Notes under the pieces: generated by a model
Database searches by the model: none
What the model was told of the DNA's origin: nothing
Seen by the model: the letters and a program-made list of their open reading frames with translations, nothing else
Shown: in pieces, positions 55,664-64,000 of the stretch
Layout: each line of letters begins with the position of its first letter
How positions within the stretch are numbered: position 1 is the first letter of the stretch
Made by a program: the position numbers and the translations under genes
Virus record (IMG/VR): IMGVR_UViG_3300030202_003905
Strand: one strand, 5' to 3'
Source of the DNA: an uncultured virus (IMG/VR IMGVR_UViG_3300030202_003905)
Lineage: Duplodnaviria > Heunggongvirae > Uroviricota > Caudoviricetes
Length of the DNA stretch: 64,000 bases

Positions 55664-57124
55664 AGAAGAATAATAAACCTCTTCATTCTCATGACAAGGT
55701 ACGTGATCACAGCGTTCGTCTTTACCGTCGCCGTCATCATATTTACCCTTCTTTTCTTCATCTTCGTCTTTATCTAAATCAGGCCATTTTCTTGCAACAC
55801 ATCTGTCGATACCTTCTGGATCTGGAGCATTACGTGCATATGATTTAGCAGCTATTGCTCTTTTTCTTGTATTAACAGGGTATGTTCCATCAGCGGCACC
55901 ACCAGATGGTCCACAAAATTCGTCTTTATCTACGTCTGTATAAGCTCCAGCACTCGAACTACCTTCACGGTCTCTTTCGTCGTCTAGATCTTTACCCCAA
56001 CGATGTTTATATCTCTTTTCACGATCTACTTCTTCTCTGTCCTCATCGTATTCTTCATCCTCTGTAGCACCGCCTGACCAACCAGCTTGCTTAGCTTTTG
56101 CCCATTGTTCAGGGTCGATTTCTCTAAAATGAGCTTCATCTGACGAATCTGTATCTTCAGCATCGTCAAAATCATCAAAACTATCTTCCTCATCTGCATC
56201 AGGATTAAAACCGTATATTTTAGCTACTGCATCTTGAGCGCGAAGCCTTTTCTTATTTTCTCTTTCGTCTGCTCTCATTGCTGCAGCAGCACCATCTTCT
56301 GCATTTTCATCAGGATCAAATCCCTGCTTTCTAGCAGCGGCATTTTCTTGTTTATCGCGCATTTTAAAGTATCTTTGATCTACTTCATCTGTATCTTCAG
56401 CATCTTCAGGATATTCACCATCTTCAGAATATTCTTCATCTTCGCTATCCCGATCAGCTATTGCTTTGGCTATAATATCTACCATACCACCTAAAGCGGC
56501 GGGATTGATCGTTGGATCAGATGCTCCAGCATCTCTCGCGCAAGATTTACCTACTAACATTTCAATATCTTCATCATAACCTTCTTCAGATTCGTTGCCA
56601 AATGCTGCGCTACCCCATGAACCGCGGTTTTGATTTGAATTGACACCTGTATCTTCTGGTTGTGGTAAGGACTCATCGTCTTGTTCGTCTTCAGCTATGT
56701 CGCCCTGTTTACCTGTATTACTGAGAAATAGTTTATAGTCTTTACCGTTAATAAGACCGTCTGTACCTACCTGAGCATCAGGTTGATCAGCTTTGGTCAT
56801 TATAATATTACCTTTGGGTGTTACTTCACTTCGTTTCCAACCACCTCGATGTAACAATCTTACAGACTTTTCTTGTGTGGTTTCTTCTTCACCCTCATAA
56901 TTTTCAACTGGGTTTTGGTCTTCAGCCTGTTGCACATAACCGGTATGTGTTTCTGTACCCATTTGACCTGACATTCTTTGAGCAGCGAAACCGCCGCCGC
57001 TCCCCCTATCAGCATTTTCTTGTTCTTGTGAAGCATAATAGTCTTTCATGTCGGATCCACCTTCTCCTAATAATCCAGATGAATAAACCTCACATAACAT
57101 AACTAAATCTTTTTTTCGGTTCAT
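55580..57124 (-). CDS. Highly acidic modular protein, possible internal head polyprotein
   Basis: 514 aa with recurring AED/DEE/SED junctions and an embedded FCGPSGG...YPVNT...RAIAA..YAR module. Confidence 0.6.
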   Translation of the reverse strand: MNRKKDLVMLCEVYSSGLLGEGGSDMKDYYASQEQENADRGSGGGFAAQRMSGQMGTETHTGYVQQAEDQNPVENYEGEEETTQEKSVRLLHRGGWKRSEVTPKGNIIMTKADQPDAQVGTDGLINGKDYKLFLSNTGKQGDIAEDEQDDESLPQPEDTGVNSNQNRGSWGSAAFGNESEEGYDEDIEMLVGKSCARDAGASDPTINPAALGGMVDIIAKAIADRDSEDEEYSEDGEYPEDAEDTDEVDQRYFKMRDKQENAAARKQGFDPDENAEDGAAAAMRADERENKKRLRAQDAVAKIYGFNPDADEEDSFDDFDDAEDTDSSDEAHFREIDPEQWAKAKQAGWSGGATEDEEYDEDREEVDREKRYKHRWGKDLDDERDREGSSSAGAYTDVDKDEFCGPSGGAADGTYPVNTRKRAIAAKSYARNAPDPEGIDRCVARKWPDLDKDEDEEKKGKYDDGDGKDERCDHVPCHENEEVYYSSKGDRAMTQLMESYEQVERKPIENHGWY

Positions 57125-57162
57125 GAATATATTTATGCGTTCCTTGTTTAAATAAAATTATA

Positions 57163-58902
57163 ATGCAGAATAAAAGAGATTATTATCTCGGAAATCCAAA
57201 CCTACCTACCGAAAATTCTAAATTTGAGTGGACGCCAAAAATGTTGGCAGATCTCAAGAAGGCTAAACAGAATCTTCTTTATTTTGCTGAAAATTTCTTC
57301 TTTATTGTAAACCTAGATAGAGGGCGAGAAAAAATAGCATTGCATTCTTGTCAAAAAAGGTCATTAAGAAAGATGAGAGATAGTAGGTTCTTTATTTTGT
57401 TAGCATCTAGACAGATTGGTAAAACCACCATGATGACAATCTATACATTATGGCATGCATGCTTTAATAGTGATCAAAGAATGCTTATTGTAGCTAATAA
57501 AGAAGGAACAGCTAAAGAAATCTTTGCTCGAATAAGAATGGCTTACGAAGAATTACCAAACTGGATAAAACCAGGTGTTTCTGAATATGGAAAAGAGTCA
57601 TTAAAGTTTACAAACGGTACGACAATAGGTATTAGTACTACTACCGGTACAGCAGCACGTGGTCAATCAATTAACGTGTTGGTTCTGGATGAGTTAGCGT
57701 TTATTGAACCACATTTAGTAGATCAATTTTGGAAATCTGTTTTTCCTGTTATTTCGTCTTCAAAAAAGTCTAAAATCTTTATTGCATCCACTGCAAACGG
57801 TACTGATAACCTGTTTTATAAGATATGGAATGGTGCTATCGAAGAAAAGAACGGTTGGGGGTTCGATAAAATTTTATGGAGTGAAATTCCTGGTAGAGAT
57901 GAAAAGTGGAGAAGCGAAACATTGCGAACTATTGGAAGTGAAGAAGCTTTTAATCAAGAATTTGGGTGTGAATTTGTGTCATCAGGTGAAATGGCAATTA
58001 ATGAAGAACTTTTTGAAAATTTAAAAATTAATTGTGCTAAACCCAAGATGTCCATGGAAGAAGGTAAGTATAAAATTTTTAGAGCACCTGACGAGTACGG
58101 TTTATACGTTGTGGGTGTTGATATTGCAGAAGGACTCCATCAAAATGCTAGTTGTATACAGATTTTAGACTTAAAAGACCTATCTAATATAGAGCAGGTT
58201 GCTGTTTACTGGAACGATGAAATAAATCCCTTTAATTTCACACAAAAATTACATGAAATATTATTACAATGGGGATCACCACCGGCATTAATAGAAAGAA
58301 ACAATTGCGGTGCTCAAGTAGTTGAGCAACTCTATTATAATTACCGGTATGGTAACATTGTAACATATTCTGCCAATACAGGTAAACAAAAAAATAATAA
58401 AGTTGGTGTTTTAGCTCATACAAATACAAAATATCGAATGGTAACTAATATGAGATATTTTATGAATGAATTAAGAGCAGTAAATGTCAGGGATATTGAA
58501 ACATTAACAGAGATAAAAAATTTCGTAAAGTATCCTAACGGTAAATGGGCGGCAAAACCAGGTATTAATATGCTCGATGACAGAGTAATGTCATTAGGGT
58601 GGGCTTTAATTGTATTAGAAAACGAAATTGTACAAAAATATTTTGAAGTTTTAAGGTATGATGATAATAATAGGCCTGCTGAGTTAAAAAGATATGATTA
58701 TGACTATCATACCCCTGTAGGAAAGGGTCTTTGGGACGAGGATAACGAAGAAAATAATTTAGATACCATAATATTTACCGAAAAATCAGATGAAGAAAAT
58801 AATGCTGAGCTAACTTTAATGAAAACAAAAGGGTGGGTAGCAGCTTCAGATTACCAAACGCAAAAATCGTATTCACCAATTAGCGATTTAGGGTTACATT
58901 AA
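57163..58902 (+). CDS. gp17: Terminase large subunit
   Basis: YLGNPNL, ASRQIGKTT, RGQSINVLVLDELAF, STANG, FNQEFGCEF, GVDIAEG and DDRVMS. Confidence 0.96.
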   Translation: MQNKRDYYLGNPNLPTENSKFEWTPKMLADLKKAKQNLLYFAENFFFIVNLDRGREKIALHSCQKRSLRKMRDSRFFILLASRQIGKTTMMTIYTLWHACFNSDQRMLIVANKEGTAKEIFARIRMAYEELPNWIKPGVSEYGKESLKFTNGTTIGISTTTGTAARGQSINVLVLDELAFIEPHLVDQFWKSVFPVISSSKKSKIFIASTANGTDNLFYKIWNGAIEEKNGWGFDKILWSEIPGRDEKWRSETLRTIGSEEAFNQEFGCEFVSSGEMAINEELFENLKINCAKPKMSMEEGKYKIFRAPDEYGLYVVGVDIAEGLHQNASCIQILDLKDLSNIEQVAVYWNDEINPFNFTQKLHEILLQWGSPPALIERNNCGAQVVEQLYYNYRYGNIVTYSANTGKQKNNKVGVLAHTNTKYRMVTNMRYFMNELRAVNVRDIETLTEIKNFVKYPNGKWAAKPGINMLDDRVMSLGWALIVLENEIVQKYFEVLRYDDNNRPAELKRYDYDYHTPVGKGLWDEDNEENNLDTIIFTEKSDEENNAELTLMKTKGWVAASDYQTQKSYSPISDLGLH

Positions 58903-58911
58903 ATATATTAA

Positions 58912-59493
58912 ATGAGCGTATCATATAACCAGGCAGCCTTAAACAAGGAAAGAAAAGATAAATTCATCATGGTTATACCAACGCCTAAGTTTCTTAAAGA
59001 TGATGTAAACAAATTTGTCAGAGACAATAAACAGGTAAATCCTGATTCAGTCCAGTTTTCAATTTATGGTAGTGTTGTGCCACCGGTGCAGATACCTAAT
59101 GTTGAAACAAGATATTCTGGGCAAACTTTAAATGTTACAAGTCATAATAGACCTCCTTACCCTCCAGTTAACGTAAAATTCACTATCGACAACAGATTCG
59201 AAAACTATTGGTTTATATATAAATGGATGGATAAATTACAAGACGATTATGCAGGGTATTTTAATAAAGAAAAGAATTACCCTAAAGGAAAAGTCATAGA
59301 AGATCAGTATATGGCTGATTTCACAATTTATGCACTGGATGAATACAATAAAAAAGTTGCTCAGTTTGATTATACAAAAGGGTTTCCTACATTTTTAGGT
59401 GGTATTGAATATTCTTATAGAGACCCGAGTGAAATAGAAACGCAATTCAGTTTTGCTTATAGTCAATTCTACGTCAAATTATTAGAGCCGTGA
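58912..59493 (+). CDS. Tail tube terminator / completion protein (gp3-like)
   Basis: KF...IP, V.F.IDNRFENYWFIYKWM, FPT.LG.IEY and F.Y tube-fold pattern. Confidence 0.65.
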   Translation: MSVSYNQAALNKERKDKFIMVIPTPKFLKDDVNKFVRDNKQVNPDSVQFSIYGSVVPPVQIPNVETRYSGQTLNVTSHNRPPYPPVNVKFTIDNRFENYWFIYKWMDKLQDDYAGYFNKEKNYPKGKVIEDQYMADFTIYALDEYNKKVAQFDYTKGFPTFLGGIEYSYRDPSEIETQFSFAYSQFYVKLLEP

Positions 59494-59552
59494 TATATTT
59501 ATATAAAAAGTAATTTATACAAATCTTTTCTTAGAAAAACATAAATATACAT

Positions 59553-62120
59553 ATGGCACAAAGAACGATACAAAGTCCCGGTGTAGAAATCAACGAAGTC
59601 GACTTATCACTAAGAGCGGTTAACAAGATCGGTACCAATATTTTTGTAACTGGATTCGCACCCCAAGGCCCAAGCGATGAAATCGTGCAGGTATCTAGCT
59701 TATCTGAGTTTGAAACAATTTATGGCACCCCAACAAATGCCGCAGAACGCTACTTTTACCACACTGTAGCACAATCATTCAACAGTAGAGCAAATATCCT
59801 TGTTAATAGACTACCATACGGTGAGTCGTTAGGAGATGGGTTCACAAACAAATATTGGGCTACAGTTTATCCTGCTGTACCGGTAAACCAAGAAGCTAAA
59901 AATGCCGGGTTATACTACGGGTTATCAGCTAATATTGCTGAGCCACCGGTTGGTGATTCTGCAAGCGTAACGGCTCAGTTCTCTCCAGCATCTGCCGGTA
60001 ATATGATTTATTATTATGTTGGTCAGCCAACGTTCTTAAGCTTAACACAAGCACAATACCAATCTATATTAGACGATTCTGCCATAGAATGGTCTGATAC
60101 ACCAAACTGGGTAACCAGTACATCATTTAGTGCTCAGAATGGTGAAGTTGGAAATGCTAATCAGTTGGCGTCGTTAAAGGGTGCAGCCATTATTACTTTG
60201 AACACAGCCAAAACAACAGTTAATAATTCATTTGAAGGGTATTATACAGCGTTGTTAGATAATACAAACCTTTATGCAACTACAAATTATAACGATGTTG
60301 AATTAATTAAAGTTTCTAAAAATGAAGAATTAACAACCCAAACATACGGAAGTTTAACAAATGTGCCAGCAGATAGATTAAACTTTGCGTTAAGTGCCAC
60401 GTTTAACACAGAAACCATTGAACAGAATATTTCAGAAGTTGCTGAAAAGATTACAACATTTAATGTTGCAACAAGTACTTTTGATGATACGTTGGTATCA
60501 GGATTGTTTAGATTACGTTCATCTGTATTTTCACCAGAAGTTACTAAGTTAGATTTCTTCTTAGATGAAGGTTACTTTGGTAGTATTGATTACTACAGAC
60601 AGATTAACAGTGAAAATGGTGGTCAACCAATTAGTTATTACTTACCTCAGAAATTTTCTAATAGCAGTGTTAATACAGCAATGAAAATTAACCCTTATAT
60701 TTCAGGTAAGTATTCAGGTACCAATCTTAGTGATGATGGTGAACCAAACAGAAAGATAAGAATTGTAACTGACGGTTTGATTAATCGTACATATGACTCT
60801 GGTGAAGATGGTGATACCGGAAACTTAGCTCAGTACAAAGCAATTGTTGGTTTGAACAGCGGACAAGTACAATCAATCTCAGATGCGAACCCACTTACAA
60901 GTGGTGTAACTACAGCGGCGGGGACGATGACTACAGATGAAATGGATGCTAGTGATTATTACAGTGGTTTTGGAACACAATCAATGATTCCAGCAGCGTC
61001 ATATAAAACCAATACCCGTGGTACTTCTGAAAGTGGTACAACAGTTACGGTTGGTAACATACCTGGTAAGTTAGATCGAGTATTTGATAGATTAGCTAAT
61101 ATTGACATATTTGATATTGATATTATCCCAGAAGCTGGTTTAGCTACAATTAACACCACAGTTAATAATACAACAGTAGCTGCAAATAAGTCAGCTAAAT
61201 TCTTTGACGACAGAGATAACTTAACCGGATTACATGAGTTATCAGCTACTGGACCAAATCTTGGAACAGAAGCATTAAATGTTAGATCTGATTGGAATAC
61301 AGTTGAAAGTAAGTTTATTACATTCGCTCAGAATACAAGAAAGGATTTCATTTATATTTCTGATCCAATTAGACAGATTTTTGTGTTAGGTGAAAATACT
61401 AAACAGATTAATATATCTGGTCAAACATTCCCACTTAATATATTGAACCCAATTAAGCAAACATATTCGATTATTAATACTAACTATGCAGCAGCTTATG
61501 CAACATGGGCTCAAGTTTATGATAACACAGTATCAGGTCAGGTTTGGATACCGATGTCAGGTGTTGTAGCAGCTAAGTATGCACAAACCGATGCAAACTT
61601 TGCACCGTGGTACGCACCAGCAGGATTTACAAGAGGTCTTTTAGACACTGTAAATGATGTTGCAATTTACCCGAATCAAAAACAGCGTGATTCGTTATAT
61701 GATCAGGCTAACATTAACCCGGTAGCGTTCTTTCCAAGTGAAGGCTTTGTACTTTACGGACAAAAAACACTACAAAGCAAACCAAGTGCGTTTGATAGAG
61801 TTAATGTAAGAAGATTATTCTTATATCTCGAAAAACGTGTTAGAGAGGTTGTTAAGTACTTTGTATTTGAACCAAATACGTTGTTTACGAGAACAAATGT
61901 TCTTAATGTTATCAATCCTATTTTGGAAGATGCTAAGAACAATGAAGGTGTTTATGATTACCTTGTTATTTGTGATGAGCGTAATAATACACCAGAGGTT
62001 ATAGATGCTAACGAGTTAGTTGTTGACATTTATTTGAAACCGGTTAGAGCAGCAGAGTTTATCTTAGTTAACTTTTATGCTACAAGAACAGGTCAAGACT
62101 TTAGCGAAATTGTTGGGTAA
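59553..62120 (+). CDS. gp18: Contractile tail sheath protein
   Basis: SPGVEINEVDLS, PWYAPAGFTRG, INPV, GQKTL, FDRVNVRRLF, FEPN and YLKPVRAAEFI. Confidence 0.96.
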   Translation: MAQRTIQSPGVEINEVDLSLRAVNKIGTNIFVTGFAPQGPSDEIVQVSSLSEFETIYGTPTNAAERYFYHTVAQSFNSRANILVNRLPYGESLGDGFTNKYWATVYPAVPVNQEAKNAGLYYGLSANIAEPPVGDSASVTAQFSPASAGNMIYYYVGQPTFLSLTQAQYQSILDDSAIEWSDTPNWVTSTSFSAQNGEVGNANQLASLKGAAIITLNTAKTTVNNSFEGYYTALLDNTNLYATTNYNDVELIKVSKNEELTTQTYGSLTNVPADRLNFALSATFNTETIEQNISEVAEKITTFNVATSTFDDTLVSGLFRLRSSVFSPEVTKLDFFLDEGYFGSIDYYRQINSENGGQPISYYLPQKFSNSSVNTAMKINPYISGKYSGTNLSDDGEPNRKIRIVTDGLINRTYDSGEDGDTGNLAQYKAIVGLNSGQVQSISDANPLTSGVTTAAGTMTTDEMDASDYYSGFGTQSMIPAASYKTNTRGTSESGTTVTVGNIPGKLDRVFDRLANIDIFDIDIIPEAGLATINTTVNNTTVAANKSAKFFDDRDNLTGLHELSATGPNLGTEALNVRSDWNTVESKFITFAQNTRKDFIYISDPIRQIFVLGENTKQINISGQTFPLNILNPIKQTYSIINTNYAAAYATWAQVYDNTVSGQVWIPMSGVVAAKYAQTDANFAPWYAPAGFTRGLLDTVNDVAIYPNQKQRDSLYDQANINPVAFFPSEGFVLYGQKTLQSKPSAFDRVNVRRLFLYLEKRVREVVKYFVFEPNTLFTRTNVLNVINPILEDAKNNEGVYDYLVICDERNNTPEVIDANELVVDIYLKPVRAAEFILVNFYATRTGQDFSEIVG

Positions 62121-62158
62121 TAACCTTAACAGCTGGCGAAACTTGCCTGAGTATAAAC

Positions 62159-62190
62159 AAACCCCGATTTTTTCGGGGTTTTTCTTTGTT
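62159..62190 (+). terminator. Intrinsic terminator after gp18
   Basis: AAACCCCGA-TTTTT-TCGGGGTTT followed by a T-rich tract. Confidence 0.8.
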
Positions 62191-62206
62191 TAGATTAAAT
62201 ACTATT

Positions 62207-62752
62207 ATGCCAGATGTACAGCAAACGATTTCTGATTTTTACAGAGTAGCAACTGAAAGAGATTTTGCAAGAGATTTTCAGTTTAGAGTGTTATCAATAG
62301 ACTCAGGCGGTGCAAGTTCACAAACATTCGATGAAGATGATTTAGTATATTGTACAGCCGGGTCATTACCAGCAAGAGAAATAACAAACGTACCAGTGCC
62401 TTATATGGGCCTGAATTTTAACTTACCTGGTAATGCAACATATCCTGATAGTCAGGGGTATTCATTACAATTTTATTGTGATCAAAATTCACAAATAAGA
62501 CAAAAGTTCGAAGATATGTCTAGAGACATATTTGATGATGCAACAAGCACGGGTAATTATTTTACACCACGAGCATCTGCAAGTATTAATTTAGTACAGT
62601 TAGACACACAGTTAGATGAAGTAGCAGGTTATAAATTAGTTGGTGCTTCGGTAAGAAACGTCGGTGCTATAGAATACAATATATCAGGTGGTCAGGGGAA
62701 TCAAGTTACCTTCGGAGCAACTATGGCTTATCATTACTTTCAACGTAATTGA
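62207..62752 (+). CDS. gp19: Tail tube protein
   Basis: ARDFQFRV, SLPA, VPYMG...PG, IRQKFE, VQLD and VGAIEY; directly after the sheath gene; start at ATG 62207, 5 nt after TAAATA. Confidence 0.85.
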   Translation: MPDVQQTISDFYRVATERDFARDFQFRVLSIDSGGASSQTFDEDDLVYCTAGSLPAREITNVPVPYMGLNFNLPGNATYPDSQGYSLQFYCDQNSQIRQKFEDMSRDIFDDATSTGNYFTPRASASINLVQLDTQLDEVAGYKLVGASVRNVGAIEYNISGGQGNQVTFGATMAYHYFQRN

Positions 62753-62781
62753 TTTATAACCATTTTTGGTTAATTTCTTTT

Positions 62782-63138
62782 GTGAAGTTTAAAACCAAAC
62801 CTAAAGTAAGGGTCACTAAAAACGATCGACGTGAAAACGTAAATTTTATTCTTCATCGCGTTAACAGATATAGAGACACAGAAATAGGAAATCTAGAAAT
62901 AGATATGTCTCAAGAAAAATACTTCGTTGTTTCTGCTCACGTAAATGACACATATAGAGGTAATGGTTTTGGAAAAGTTCTTTATGAATATGCTATAAAA
63001 GATTTAGGTAAACTAAAAACACATTATTATGATGCAAGTGAAGAAGCTCAATGGGTATGGGTGTCATTACATAAAAAATACAAATCAAGGAAAAACTTTT
63101 TCAACGGGACGCTAACAATATACAACAAACTTAAATAA
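62782..63138 (+). CDS. GNAT-family acetyltransferase
   Basis: AHVNDTYRGNGFGKVLYE (motif A) and SEEAQWVW; start moved to GTG 62782 on promoter geometry. Confidence 0.75.
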   Translation: MKFKTKPKVRVTKNDRRENVNFILHRVNRYRDTEIGNLEIDMSQEKYFVVSAHVNDTYRGNGFGKVLYEYAIKDLGKLKTHYYDASEEAQWVWVSLHKKYKSRKNFFNGTLTIYNKLK

Positions 63139-63143
63139 TAACA

Positions 63144-64000
63144 GTGAACAATCCTTTCTCAGAATTAATAAGAGGTCTCGGAGACAATGTAAGTGGTTTA
63201 CTAACTGGTAAAAATCCTTTATCTCAACCTTCTATTACTTCTCTTTTTGGCTTTACTGTACCTGGTACACCTTTAATTAGTTCGAGAGACTTTTTTTTAT
63301 CTCAAATGGAATCTTGGTTCACTACTATTCCAATGCGGACGCAATGGATGGTTTTAATAGAAAGCTACCCTGCTTTATTACAAACTTCTGTAATACAAAA
63401 CTTAGAAAGAACAGAAGGTAATTTTAACAATTTCGATATAAGTCAGGCTGTAAGCATATTAAAATCTTATCCTTTAAACAGAGTAGTTGGTTGTATATTT
63501 GCTCAAGGAGCTGATATACCTCAATTAGAAGTTTTAGAAACAGGTAGAGATAAAATATTCAATCAACAACAAAGAGGGTTTATTCCAGGTGTTATTTCAA
63601 ACGGTAGATCACCTTTTACCGACTTAACTATACAATTTAGAGAAACAAATACAAGTTTTGTAGACTTTGTTGTAAGACCTTGGACTATGTTAGCAGAACA
63701 TTTCGGTATGATAGCTAGACCAGCTGGAGATGAAAGAAACGTTAGCACGACAATTAAAATATTGCAGTTTACAAGAACATATCAAGAGCTAGCTCAGATA
63801 CCAAGAAAAATATGGACCTTTTATAATTGTATGCCAGTTTCTGTAGCTAGCTCGAACTTAACCTATGATCAAGAAGCTATGGACATAGCTAACACGACAT
63901 GGGCGTTTTCAAATTATTGTGTTGAGAATAATTTATATTTACCGTTACCTGATATTATTAATAAGATTAACAAGAATGGTTTCAAAAGCTTGATACCCAA
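63144..64000 (+). CDS. Tail-tube-fold baseplate protein (gp48/gp54-like), truncated by the right edge
   Basis: Manual translation from GTG 63144 (MNNPFSELIRG...LTIQFRETNTSFVDFVVRPW...WTFYNCMPVSV); TAAATA 6 nt upstream. Confidence 0.6.
   Translation, partial: MNNPFSELIRGLGDNVSGLLTGKNPLSQPSITSLFGFTVPGTPLISSRDFFLSQMESWFTTIPMRTQWMVLIESYPALLQTSVIQNLERTEGNFNNFDISQAVSILKSYPLNRVVGCIFAQGADIPQLEVLETGRDKIFNQQQRGFIPGVISNGRSPFTDLTIQFRETNTSFVDFVVRPWTMLAEHFGMIARPAGDERNVSTTIKILQFTRTYQELAQIPRKIWTFYNCMPVSVASSNLTYDQEAMDIANTTWAFSNYCVENNLYLPLPDIINKINKNGFKSLIP

Noticed and set aside
26202..58902. Introns or inteins in gp43, uvsX, gp41, gp61 or gp17
   Set aside because: Each is one ORF of normal length with motifs at the expected spacing and no LAGLIDADG or intein terminal signature.
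2097..62781. Longer N-termini given by the ORF track for folE, 6753, 21251, 24873, 36562, 53727, 55617, 62186 and 62749
   Set aside because: The upstream starts are mostly TTG codons that fall within promoter boxes or overlap neighbouring genes; downstream ATG/GTG codons fit the promoter spacing or stop-start coupling.
37..63748. Short opposite-strand or off-frame ORFs in the track (e.g. 37..267, 5971..6231, 14455..14727, 29896..30156, 38268..38591, 54109..54459, 63563..63748)
   Set aside because: They lie wholly inside better-supported genes, lack promoter geometry and have shadow-frame composition.
1..64000. tRNA, rRNA, CRISPR array or IS element
   Set aside because: Intergenic gaps are mostly under 100 nt and explained by promoters and terminators; I saw no cloverleaf, repeat-spacer pattern or transposase motif. 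A tRNAscan/Infernal run would be needed to exclude them formally.
1..64000. Alternative genetic code (stop reassignment) as seen in some large phages
   Set aside because: Core genes translate full length in the standard code and end in TAA, TGA (gp46) and TAG (gp61).

Overview
This AT-rich window is a continuous stretch of a large T4-like (myovirus-type) dsDNA phage genome, read in the standard genetic code. It carries the T4 replication/recombination core (uvsY, uvsW, gp55 late sigma, gp47/gp46, gp43 DNA polymerase B, uvsX, gp41, gp32, gp45, RNase H, gp61) and, at the right end, neck, terminase and tail genes (gp14, gp17, gp3-like, gp18, gp19). Woven through the core is an unusually large set of modification enzymes: folE, a QueC that has lost three of four Zn-ligand cysteines, a stand-alone class II glutamine amidotransferase, a NodU/CmcH carbamoyltransferase, two methyltransferase-like proteins, about 6-7 glycosyltransferase-like proteins, three sulfotransferases and several NDP-sugar enzymes. 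Four observations stand out. (1) A candidate new DNA and/or virion hypermodification system combines deazaguanine, carbamoyl, glycosyl and sulfo chemistry, with glycosyltransferases in the T4 alpha-gt and beta-gt positions. (2) Expression appears largely leaderless: TTGnnn-N16-TATAAT-N5-8-start for early genes and TAAATA-N5-6-start for late genes, with gp32 the clear exception. (3) Many late proteins, including a ligase-like protein, a HIGH nucleotidyltransferase, a PD-(D/E)XK nuclease and a protease, have N-termini resembling the T4 capsid-targeting sequence, suggesting packaged and injected enzymes. (4) A small envelope module encodes an outer-membrane beta-barrel. All family assignments come from motif recognition by eye; no database search was run. 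No tRNA, rRNA, CRISPR array, IS element, intron or intein was recognised.
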